From positions 55,490,001-55,554,000 of the forward strand of contig OX597818.1 of the NCBI GenBank assembly GCA_951406725.2: 64,000 nt of DNA. The letters are read 5' to 3'. Origin of the DNA: Octopus vulgaris. Taxonomy: Eukaryota. Position numbers and translations under genes: made by a program. Below, one piece after another: positions 53,326-64,000 of the stretch. The notes below the pieces were generated by a model. That model made no database searches. It was not told where the DNA came from and saw only the letters and a list, made by a program, of their open reading frames with translations. Every line of letters starts with the position of its first letter. Position 1 is the first letter of the stretch.

Positions 53326-53539
53326 ATTTATCAATGGCTGTGACTGAAAGAATTTGCTGCTACTTCTAGCGTTAGAAGTGATTACGCGGAGGCTCCTTCT
53401 TTGGTTCGTGCGGTGCATGTTATTGGGGATGTGGGTATATGTACTGGATATACGCGTATGTGTAGCATATGTGTCCTTGGCTTATGTGTAACGTTTAAGT
53501 GCAAATTTTATCTGAAATATGTCTAAGTTTTATCAACGC

Positions 53540-53579
<40 letters not shown>

Positions 53580-53699
53580 GTCCCCCTCTCTCTCTTTCTC
53601 TCTCACCTTTTTACTGGCACCCTCTCTCACACTCTCACTATCTGTCATTCTATCTATCTCCTTCTTTCCAAACATTTCTCTCTCAGTCTCTCTCTGCAC

Positions 53700-53758
53700 G
53701 CATACATACATAAATACATACATACATGTGTATTTATATATACATGAATTTACATATG

Positions 53759-53816
<58 letters not shown>

Positions 53817-53915
53817 TCTTATGCATACATCCATTTACATGTGAGCCTATTTGCATATATGCACATTTACACATACATATAAACATGTATATATGTAAAT
53901 ATGTGTGTGTCTCTT

Positions 53916-53947
<32 letters not shown>

Positions 53948-54006
53948 CACACACACACATATATACATATATATATATATATACATGTATGTATATATAT
54001 ATACAC

Positions 54007-54037
<31 letters not shown>

Positions 54038-54116
54038 TGTATGTATATATATATATATACATGTATGTAAATATGCATTATATTCATATATATATATACA
54101 CACACACATACATACA

Positions 54117-54148
<32 letters not shown>

Positions 54149-54205
54149 AGCACACACACATACATTCATCTGTATATATATGTATATATATATATTGATA
54201 TATAT
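53700..54205. repeat. Compound TA/CA/TACA microsatellite
   Basis: Directly visible. Confidence 0.95.
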
Positions 54206-54407
54206 ATTCTTTTATTCTTTTACTTGGTTCAGTCATTTGACTGCAACCATGCTGGAGCAACGTCTTTAGCCGAGCAAATCGACCCCAGGACTTATTCTTT
54301 GTAAGCCTAGTACTTATTCTATCGGTCTCTTTTGCCGAATCGCTAAGTTACGGGGCCGTAAACACATCAGCATCGGTTATCAAGCGGTAGTGGGGGACAA
54401 ACGCAAA

Positions 54408-54492
<85 letters not shown>

Positions 54493-54891
54493 CATATTGG
54501 TAAAAACGGTTAAGATAACAAAAGAAAGAAAGAGACCTCAATATTATGTAAATAGAGGAATTTATCTGTAAATGTAATATGTGATAATTATTCAGTAGCC
54601 AAGATAAAACTCTGAGTTTCGGATGCTGAGGTGGAAATCCACAACAACATCTCTTCGGTTATCTTTCAGTTTCCGTTTGGTCATCCCAAATAGTAGAAGT
54701 GTCATTCAATAGTGAGAAAGGGGATCGAAGTGTGACACACCGATACACATAAATTAGTTTTCGCATTTATTATATTATATTTGGTCGACTCGAGGGTATA
54801 GTCGAAGACACTTGCCCAAGGTGTCACGCAGTCGGACTGAATCCGGAACCATGTGGTTCCTAAGCAAGCTACTTACCACACAGCCACTCCT

Positions 54892-54895
<4 letters not shown>
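54205..54895 (-). mobile_element. SINE-A interrupted at its (TA)n by a hammerhead-bearing insert
   Basis: Tail 54205-54410; head pieces from 54663 to 54895. Confidence 0.8.
54603..54663 (-). ncRNA. Hammerhead motif with a U4C core substitution (probably inactive)
   Basis: Minus strand GATAA-CCGAAGA-GATG...CATC-C-GAAA-CTC-A-GAG-TT-TTATC. Confidence 0.6.
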
Positions 54896-54953
<58 letters not shown>

Positions 54954-55061
54954 GCTGAAAATATGTCGAAAAAATATATAAAAAGTGGAAGAGAAATGCC
55001 TTCGTTTCATATAGTTTAATATCTTTTTATAAATATATACATATTATATGCATGTCGTGAA

Positions 55062-55103
55062 ATCCAACCGGCTTTCGCTAATTAAATTAGCTTTTCAAGG
55101 GAC
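55062..55103 (-). ncRNA. Variant hammerhead motif (U3-A8 core) in the Penelope 3' region
   Basis: Minus strand GTCCC-TTGAAAA-GCTAAT-TTA-ATTAGC-GAAA-GCCGG-TT-GGAT. Confidence 0.55.
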
Positions 55104-55220
55104 ATTGTACAGTAATCAGTTCTCGTGACAGAGGGGTATGTTTGAAAAATAAGTAGGAATGAGTCTAGTGAGTGAAACAAGGGAAGTAACAAGTGACAGG
55201 GGTGGGGGACAACTGGCTCC

Positions 55221-55600
55221 TTAGTATAATTTTTTTAAATGATCAAATTTGTATATTGAGGTGTGGTCTGTACTTTGTATGAAAAGGTTTTCCTTCTTTA
55301 GGTGTTCTAGTACTGAGATTGAATCTTTGCATTGGTATAATGGGAAGATACTAAAATTCGGCGTTTTATTACTTGTGCATCTGTCGATATGGTCTCTCAG
55401 TGCTTTCTGCCTGTATTGAGGGAAACAAATCTGCTCTTTATGCAGCGTGACTCTGCGTCTCAAAGTAAGGCTCGTTTGGCCCACATAATTGTGACCATAA
55501 CCTGAGCAGGTTAGGACATAGATAAGGTTCTGGAAAGCACATGTGAAGTTGGTCTTAATTGAGAATTTTTGTCCTTGCTGGAATGTAAATTCCGAGCCTA
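55221..55600 (-). pseudogene. Penelope-like element GIY-YIG endonuclease fragment (5'-truncated)
   Basis: FSIKTNFTC..QNLIYVLTCSGYGHNYVGQTSLTLRRRVTLH...KENLFI shows the GIY-YIG motif typical of PLE ORF C-termini. Confidence 0.85.
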
Positions 55601-56159
55601 TATATATATACACTCACACACACACACATACATGTAGGGTGTTTGCGTGTGTGTGTACACATTCACATATTGATAGATTTGATGAGCTTCCTTAACAGGA
55701 TTTCACTCGCAAGGCCTTAGTCTAACCAAAGAGTCTCTGGTATAAGATACTTATTTTCAAGAGGTGCCACGCAATAGGATCAAACACGAAACCCCATGGT
55801 TGTGAAATAATTTCCTTTCTTTAACCACATTGTTATATTTACACACGGGCTATACCAATTCCGCTTAGCTGACTTTGTAAAATATTCAGAGATGAACATT
55901 AAACAGTTGTGTTCCGTCCCTATCTCGTGTAAATCTGGCGCTGTGAAAGGAATATAAGGAATATAAGGAATATTGTCAATCATTCCAAGAACTAGACTAT
56001 CCACCTGTTCAACAAATGTCTGCTCTTGTGGCTCTCTTCTGCACCTTTTAACACCCGTCTTGAAACCCAGAACTCTCTTATCATTCCTACAACACCGCCG
56101 CTTGCTATTTTATTCCTCTTCAAGTGAGACTGGCGAGGAACATCAAAACACTGCCAAAA

Positions 56160-56913
56160 CAAACAAACACACGCACACGCACACACACACACACACGCAC
56201 ACACACACACACGTGCATACACACACACACGTGCGCGCTCACACAGGCGTCGAAATACACTAATGGAAATGCATACACAAATACGGAAACACGTTCACAA
56301 ACACACGCACATACATATACATACACACATACTCATTAACATGCAAGCACATACACACACACACGCACATACATACACACACAAACGGGGAAACATGTGA
56401 ACACACACTCATAAACAGGCAAACACACACGCACATACACATACATACTCACAAACGGGCAAACACATGCACACGCAGCCATAAACACGCAAGCACACAT
56501 ACACACACAGACACATGCACACACACTCATAAGCACGCAAACACACACATACACTTGCAAACACATGCGCACACACACACACACATAAACATGCACACGC
56601 ACACACACACACACACACACACTCATAAACCTGCACACGCACACACACACACACACACATATACACTTGGAAACACATGCGCACACACACACACACACTC
56701 ATAAACCTGCACACGCACACACACACACACACACACTCATAAACCTGCACACGCACACACACACACACACACACATACACTTGCAAACGCATGCGCACAC
56801 ACACACACACACTCATAAACCTGCACACGCACACACACACACACACACACATACACTTGCAAACGCATGCGCACACACACACACACACACACACACTCAT
56901 AAACCTGCACACG

Positions 56914-56944
<31 letters not shown>

Positions 56945-57006
56945 TAGCAAACGCATGCGCACACACACACACACACACACACTCATAAACATGCACACGC
57001 ACACAC
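56160..57006. repeat. (CA)n-derived higher-order repeat
   Basis: Recurring anchors CTCATAAACCTGCACACG and TACACTTGCAAACGCATGCG between CA runs. Confidence 0.9.
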
Positions 57007-57411
57007 AGATGCCAAGCTGTCAAGTTGAATTTCCAACTTTATTACAGAATCTAAAGCAGCACCGTTTTTCTTTGAGTCTTTGGCCAAATGCGATGCCGCT
57101 GTGTTTTGTTAAATACACAAGTGTATTCCTAAAGGCTCCACTTGCCGGAATTATTAAATATTCCGTTTGTGGACTCAAGCTGAGAAACCACAACCATAAC
57201 CCAATAAAACAGACGTTTACCTGAAATGCTGTTTACAAGACTTTCCCAAAGAAGTAGTTATTGTTTGCTAAATCTTTAGTCGAAAATGGTACCCGCAGGG
57301 GGACCATCGAGGGGTTAGAAGTCCATCCTGTGCCAAATATGGAAACCATTAAAAGAACGGAAGAGGAGTCGGAAAAGAAAAGGAGAGAATAATACATACA
57401 TGTGTATGCAT

Positions 57412-57755
<344 letters not shown>

Positions 57756-58131
57756 GTTCCACACGAGCACAAAAATTGCAGTTTACACTTGCAAAGATAG
57801 AGTTCAGCCACTATCAAAACATTTAAAAGGTAACAAATTAGCTGGGTCGTTAGAACATCGGATAGTGTCCGTTGTGTTCTGGTTCAAATCGCACCCAAAG
57901 CAACTTGCTTTTCATAAATAATATTTAATATTGGTTTCAAATTTTGGCTCAGAGCCAGTAATTTCGGGGCAAGGGGTTAATCTTATTCCAATCGATCCCC
58001 AGTGCTTAACTGGTATTTATGTTATCGACTCCGAAAGGATGAAAAGTAAAGTCGATCTCGTCAGAATTTGATTCAGAACCGTATTGAATCAAATGAAACG
58101 CCGTCGACGCGCTAATGATTCTGACACAGTG

Positions 58132-58132
58132 C

Positions 58133-58202
<70 letters not shown>

Positions 58203-58900
58203 GTCGTCGTCGTCGTCGTCGCCGTTTAACGTCCGCTTTCCATGCTTGCATGTTTTGAACGGTTTGAATGAGGACTGGTGAGCCAGAAGGCTGCATCAGG
58301 CTCAATCTGATCTGGCAAAGTTTCTACAGCTGGAAGCCCTTCCTAAACGCCAAGTGTAGTGGATGCTTTTACGTGCCACCGGCACGAGGGCCAGTCAGGC
58401 GGTTCTGGCAACGACCACGCTCGAATGTTGTTCTTCACGTTCCACCGGCACATGTGCCGGTAAGGCGACGCTGGCAACGATCATGCTCGAATGGTGCTTT
58501 TTACGTGCCATCGGCACTGGAGCCAATCCGTGGCCCTGGCAACGATCACGCTCGGATGTGCTTTTAACGCTCCACTGGCACGAGTGCCAATCAAGCGGTA
58601 CTGTAATCGGCCAGGTCAGAGACTTTGATTTTGATTTCATTTGCCTCAATAGGTCTTCGCAAGCAAAGTTTATTGTCCAATGAATGAGGGGTACTCATAA
58701 GTGGGGCGGGGGGTTCACCCCACTTTCGGATGTGCTTTTAACGTTCCACTGGCACGAGTGCCAATCAGGCGGTACTGTCATCGGCCACATCAGCGATTTT
58801 GATTTGTTTTCACTTGCCTCAATAGGTCTTCGCAAGCAAAATTTATTGTCCAATGAATAGGGGTGGGGGTATTCATAAGTTACACCCACTGGCATGTACC
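58132..58900 (-). mobile_element. SINE-E / RTE-like-tail element with internal tandem duplications
   Basis: Matches 13678; about 58552-58700 is repeated at about 58727-58880. Confidence 0.8.
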
Positions 58901-59065
58901 ACTTTAATAATAATGATGATGAGAATAATGACTTCTTTTATTGGCCACAACGGCCCAAAATATGGAGAACAGTATCAAAGGATGAGATACAACACACAAA
59001 ACAGGTGGAGTTTACATTGATGGAAGTGAGACACTACGACATTTAATAATATCACGAACGATATA

Positions 59066-59877
59066 GAGGGTGTTCAAAAAGTCTCTCCGCAGTAAGTGTT
59101 TCATTGCAAAATAAATATTTACATGATGGTATAGGACTACAAAAGAATATATCAGACTTTACAAGACTTTAAAAAACTTTATAAGAGGTGTTGAAAGTGT
59201 CGTCTTTCATTTTCAATACATAAAATTTAATTTCTTTTTTACTGCTGTGTGAGCACTTCCTAGGCTGATTTCCGTTTCCTGTGCTCGGAATGGTCAGTGG
59301 CAAGAGAGGAAGAGGCCGACCAAGAACCCACTGGCTTGACACCATCAAGAGTGATACTGGAATGGACATGGCCAATCTGAAAGAAGCGGCCCAGGATAGA
59401 ACTGACTGGAGGACACTGATCCAACGAGTGACCGAGAGTCGACTTCGACTGAGCGGATAGATAGATAGTGACAATTTGCGTAAGGACTTTGACGGGCTTG
59501 CCAACAGTTTATCATAAATATTGGAGAGTGTTTCGTCTGAAAGAACAGTAGGCCTACCGCTTCTTGCTGCGTCTTCCTCTGAGCCTGTGTTTCTAAATTT
59601 TCTTATCAAATCCCGCACAGTGTCACAACGTGGAACAACAGTATTTGGAAAAGTTTTACTGAACTTGTTTCACAGTGTCTGAGTATTTGTTTCCAGCTCG
59701 AAACACTTATTCAATTAAAAACGTACGTTCTTCAATGGTTAGCGTGTCTACACGCTGAAGGGTACACAATGACTGAGGGACAATGGCTGACACCCGGCCG
59801 CTCGCGCAGTGATAGCCGAGTTACGCATGCGCAGGATGATAAAAAATTCACTGCGGAGAGATTTTTTGAACATCCTG
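59066..59877 (-). mobile_element. Deleted Tc1/mariner-superfamily element
   Basis: TIRs GAGGGTGTTCAAAAAGTCTCTCCGCAGT / ACTGCGGAGAGATTTTTTGAACATCCTG; minus strand HTH VRDLIRKFRNTGSEEDAARSGRP...SPSKSLRKLS, resuming QETEISLGSAHTAVKKEIKFY after the insert. Confidence 0.85.
59281..59468 (+). mobile_element. RTE-clade LINE 3' end inserted in the Tc1-like element
   Basis: VLGMVSGKRGRGRPRTHWLDTIKSDTG...AQDRTDWRTLIQRVTESRLRLSG* plus an (ATAG)n tail; GTG at both junctions. Confidence 0.88.
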
Positions 59878-60612
59878 CATAAACAGAAGTTAGAGAAATA
59901 ATTGAATAAATAAATAGAATCCTCATTAGCGAGGCTGTCCACTTAGTAAAATTCGGGATAAACCTCACGCAAAAATCCCGGATTTTTCTGCCATACCCAA
60001 AGCATGGGGAAGTGCCATCTTCCAGTTTCTCTCTCCCTACTTAGAAAAGCATACTCAGAAAAGATTCATTCAATGTAACCAGTCTTGCCTTAATGAATAC
60101 TTGTATGTGTGTATGTATGTGCCTGAGTATATGTATAGATATAATACATATAATGTATATAACACACGCACGTGTGCATGCACACACACACACACACACA
60201 CACGCATACACACTTCACACATAAATCCACTCAACAGTTATTTTTTTCCTTTCTAAGGGACACAAGGATAGCCACAACCAAAAATTCTCAATTAAACTTA
60301 TTTACCCCCAGAGAAACGGACAGAGATAAAAATCAGTAATGGCCAGATAAGGTCATTCTAAATATGAAAAAAGTACTTCACTCATGTCTATGCAATAACG
60401 ATTTAAAGATCATCGACCGTTTCAAGGCCGAACCTAATAAGCACAGCACAAACTCCTTCAGTGCGATATTAATAGCTTCTCCTTTCCCACTGCAAGAATT
60501 TTATTCCTTAAAGCATTAGGTTTTGCGGAGACTGTCAGAATGATGTAGACGCCTCTGATGAGACCCCAATAAGGTTCGAAAATCGTATCGTTTAAGTTTG
60601 TTCATCGTTTTT

Positions 60613-60774
60613 GGCGTAGGAGTGGCTGTGTGGTAAGTAGCTTGCTTACAAACCACATGGTTCCGAGTTCAGTCCCACTGCGTGGTACTTTGGGCAAGTG
60701 TCTTCTACTATAGCCTTGGGCCGGCCAAAGCCTTGTGAGTGGATTTGGTAGACGGAAACTGAAAGAAGCCCGTC

Positions 60775-60836
<62 letters not shown>

Positions 60837-61242
60837 TCTTTTACTCTTTTACTTGTTTCAGTCAGTTGACTGCGGCTATGCTGGAGCACCGCCTTTAGTC
60901 GAGCAACTCGACCCCGGGACGTATTCTTTGTAACCCCAGTACTTATTCTATCGGTCTCTTTTGCCGAACCGCTAAGTGACGGGGACATAAACACACCAGC
61001 ATCGGTTGTCAAGCAATGCTAGGGGGACAAACACAGACACACAAACATACACGCACACACATATATATATACATATATACGACGGGCTTCTTTCAGTTTC
61101 CGTCTACCAAATCCACTCACAAGGCTTTGGTTGGCCCAAGGCTATAGTAGAAGACACTTGCCCAAGGTGCCACGCAGTGGGACTGAACCCGGAACCATGT
61201 GGTTGGTAAGCAAGCTACTTATCACACAGCCACTCCTGCGCC

Positions 61243-61311
<69 letters not shown>

Positions 61312-61570
61312 GTGTGTGTGTGTGTGTGTGTGTATGTATCTCTGTGTATATATGTTTGCGTGTCTGTGTTTGTTCCCCACCAACATCGCTTGACAACCGA
61401 TGCTGGTGTGTTTACGTCCCCGTAACTTAGCAGTTCGGCAAAAGAGACCGATATAATAAGTATTATTAGGCTTATAAAGAATAAGTCCCGGGGTCGATTT
61501 GCTCGACTAAAAGCGGTACTCCAGTATGGCCACAGTCAAATGACTGAAACCAGTAAAAGAGTAAAGAGTA
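60613..61570. mobile_element. Plus-strand SINE-A with a complete minus-strand SINE-A (60835-61243) nested in its (TA)n
   Basis: Order of segments is head(+), TA, full copy(-), TA/TG, tail(+). Confidence 0.92.
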
Positions 61571-62068
61571 AAGCCCTTAAAATATTATAGTGGATCCTTA
61601 ATTTACTATTTTGTTACATGGACCCCCCCAAAATTTTATATGGACTCCGGTTGAGAACCATTGACTTAAAGGAATATTTTTGGCCGATGGGAGTAAGAGT
61701 TTCATTTGTCTTGGATAAACTACACAACTGGTACTTTATGTTAAGAATGAAAGGCAAAGTTGACCTCGGCGGAATTTGAACTCTGAATGTAAAAGACCAC
61801 TATAAATACTGCAAGTTAGTTCATCCGAAAGCTTTAATGATTCTCCCACTCCGCCGCCTTTTAACATTCCCTTTTACCATAATTATATCTCTTTCAGTGT
61901 GTAAGTAAGAAGACAGTCTGAAGGAATGTTCTTCCAGGAAGAGGCACCCCTTTGATAAGAAATATGGTATAGACATTATTAACTTCATATGTTCAAACGC
62001 TCCCTATTGTCAACACAAAAATTACTGACTGAAGCAGAACGGTTGATTTTTCACGAATCTTTTATAAA

Positions 62069-62351
62069 TGAATTATTCAAGTAGGGACGGTTGATATATC
62101 TCTGTGTTGCAATTCTCTTCTGAATGTCAATTAATTTCTGTTTTTACTCCACCTAACTCCACCGCAAATGAGTGAGGGACCTTGATAAAAACTAAGGTTG
62201 TTGCCAGTGCTGTGGCCACAAGTAAATCTCCAAACGCAATCTTCGTTAACGTGACAATGATCTTTCTATCTTTTACGTTTTTCAGACATTAGATATTCAG
62301 AAGAGAATTGCAACACAGAGATATATTAACCGTCCCTACTTGAATAATTCA
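62069..62351. repeat. 60-bp inverted repeat (62069-62128 / 62292-62351)
   Basis: TGAATTATTCAAGTAGGGACGG...CTGAATGTC and its near-exact reverse complement. Confidence 0.9.
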
Positions 62352-62599
62352 CCTTCGAAACGTAGAGTAGATGAAACCATAGCGACTGAAGAAGGGTTTT
62401 TTTCTTTGTGTTAATTGTCCTGTACTCTATTTTTTGCTGTTTTTAAATAAATGTCCAGTTCCTTAGGTTTGTGTCTATGTTTTCGTTTCTCATTGTGTTC
62501 GACGTCCTTTTGGTGTCCTGTACTCATATATGCGTGTATATGTACATGTAGAGGTAGGTACGTACATATATGTTTATATATATGCATATGTTTTATATT

Positions 62600-62666
<67 letters not shown>

Positions 62667-63654
62667 AACATATATATATATATGTATATTTGAAAATATA
62701 TGTATACATACATACATACATACAATGAAACCGTAGTAGTAAAATCGTGAGACAAGACAAAATTTACATGAAATGAAACAAGAAGTAGACTTTATGGAGT
62801 GGACCCATTATCAATTGATATAGATTTATAAATACAGAAAATTATGAAAATAAAAAATAGAACAGTTAAAAGGCGTAAATTTAAATTGTGAAACAAGGAT
62901 CGGTTAACCCACCAACACACGGCCGAGAACCCACCAGTTCGGTAACCGCAGAGCTACCCTCGACACAGCTTGACTGTTACTCATTGAATTGAAACTGGGT
63001 GCATCCAAAGATGTTTGCGGGTATCTTTTGAGGTTGACTGTACTGAAAGTGTAGCCAACGTCATCTGGGTGCTTCAGTTTGTACTTGGGTAAAATAGTTA
63101 ATGTGGTTTTCATCAGGTGTGGCTGTGTGGTAAGAAGTTTGCTTCTCAGCCACGTGGTTTTGAGTTCGCTCCTCACTGCGTAACACCTTGGGCCTTCTAC
63201 CCTTCTACCATAGCCCCGGGCCGACTAAATCTTTGAGAGCGGATTTGATATACGGAAACCGAAAGAAGCCCGTCGTATCTATCTATCTACACACAATGTC
63301 ATCATTATTAATTTCAGATGAGCTCAGCTGTGAACTCAATGATACATTGCTCGCTCTTAAGACGACTATCAGATTCTCCTGAGGGTGGGGTTCCTCTTCG
63401 TGTGTTTTACACACCCTTTGCCATCGACCGTCGACCTTTTCTCTCTGTGTGCGTTTTTTTTTTTTTCGTCTTACATTTCATTTTGTTTGGTACTTTTCAG
63501 CAATCTGTCACTCCCTTTCAGTCCTGTCTGCTCCCTGTCTTCTCAACTGGATGGGTGATACTTAGGGGTGCGGTAAATGGAAGCCTCAGCACATCCATTT
63601 CTGGGATCGAAGACGAAGCAGTCTCTTTCACTATTTGCTGTTGTTGCTGCCCTT

Positions 63655-63657
63655 AGC

Positions 63658-63692
<35 letters not shown>

Positions 63693-64000
63693 ACTCACTC
63701 TCTCACTGTCTCTTTCTCTCGCTTCCTCTCTTTCCCTCCTCTCTCTCCCTCCCCTTACTCTCTCTATTCCTCTCTTTCTCTGTCACTTATTCTCTATCTT
63801 TCTCTCCCTTCTCTCCCCTCTGTTTTCCTCCTCTCTCTCTTCCTCCCCTCACCCTCTCTATTCCTCTCTTTCTCTCCTCTCTCTAGTCCTCTTTTTCTCA
63901 CTCTGTCACTCACTCTCTTTCTTTCTCTCCCTTCTCTTTCCTCTCTTTCCCTCTTCTCTCTCTCTCGCTCATTCTATCGTTTTCTTCTTCCTCTCCCCTG
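63655..64000. repeat. CT-rich low-complexity tract
   Basis: Directly visible. Confidence 0.95.

Noticed and set aside
60550-60595. Hammerhead-like CTGATGA-GACC-CCAATAA-GGTTC-GAAA
   Set aside because: Core and helix II look right, but helices I and III could not be paired in type I or III topology; at most a relic.
62904-63176. 90-aa minus-strand ORF
   Set aside because: Starts within a decayed SINE-A head; the remainder has no recognisable motif.

Overview
Repeat-saturated eukaryotic non-coding DNA (intronic or intergenic). I infer an octopus/coleoid cephalopod from the tRNA-derived SINE types and the extreme microsatellite load; this was recognised from memory, not searched. No intact host protein-coding gene is supported: nearly all listed ORFs are translations of (TA)n/(CA)n/(TTA)n/(CTTT)n tracts or of SINE copies. 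The window holds dozens of copies of about five SINE families (here A-E), which swap heads and tails. It also has 3' ends of R4/Dong-like, RTE and CR1-clade LINEs, two Penelope-type GIY-YIG fragments, two short Helitrons, mariner/Tc1 and hAT derivatives, foldback elements and minisatellites. The most striking unannotated signal is a set of eight recognisable type I hammerhead ribozyme motifs (five complete, three truncated or variant) plus several decayed ones. They differ in sequence and often sit in (TA)n tracts or inverted repeats. One lies downstream of a Penelope endonuclease fragment and one downstream of a tRNA-like Pol III head. All alignments and folds were done by eye; repeat boundaries are approximate.
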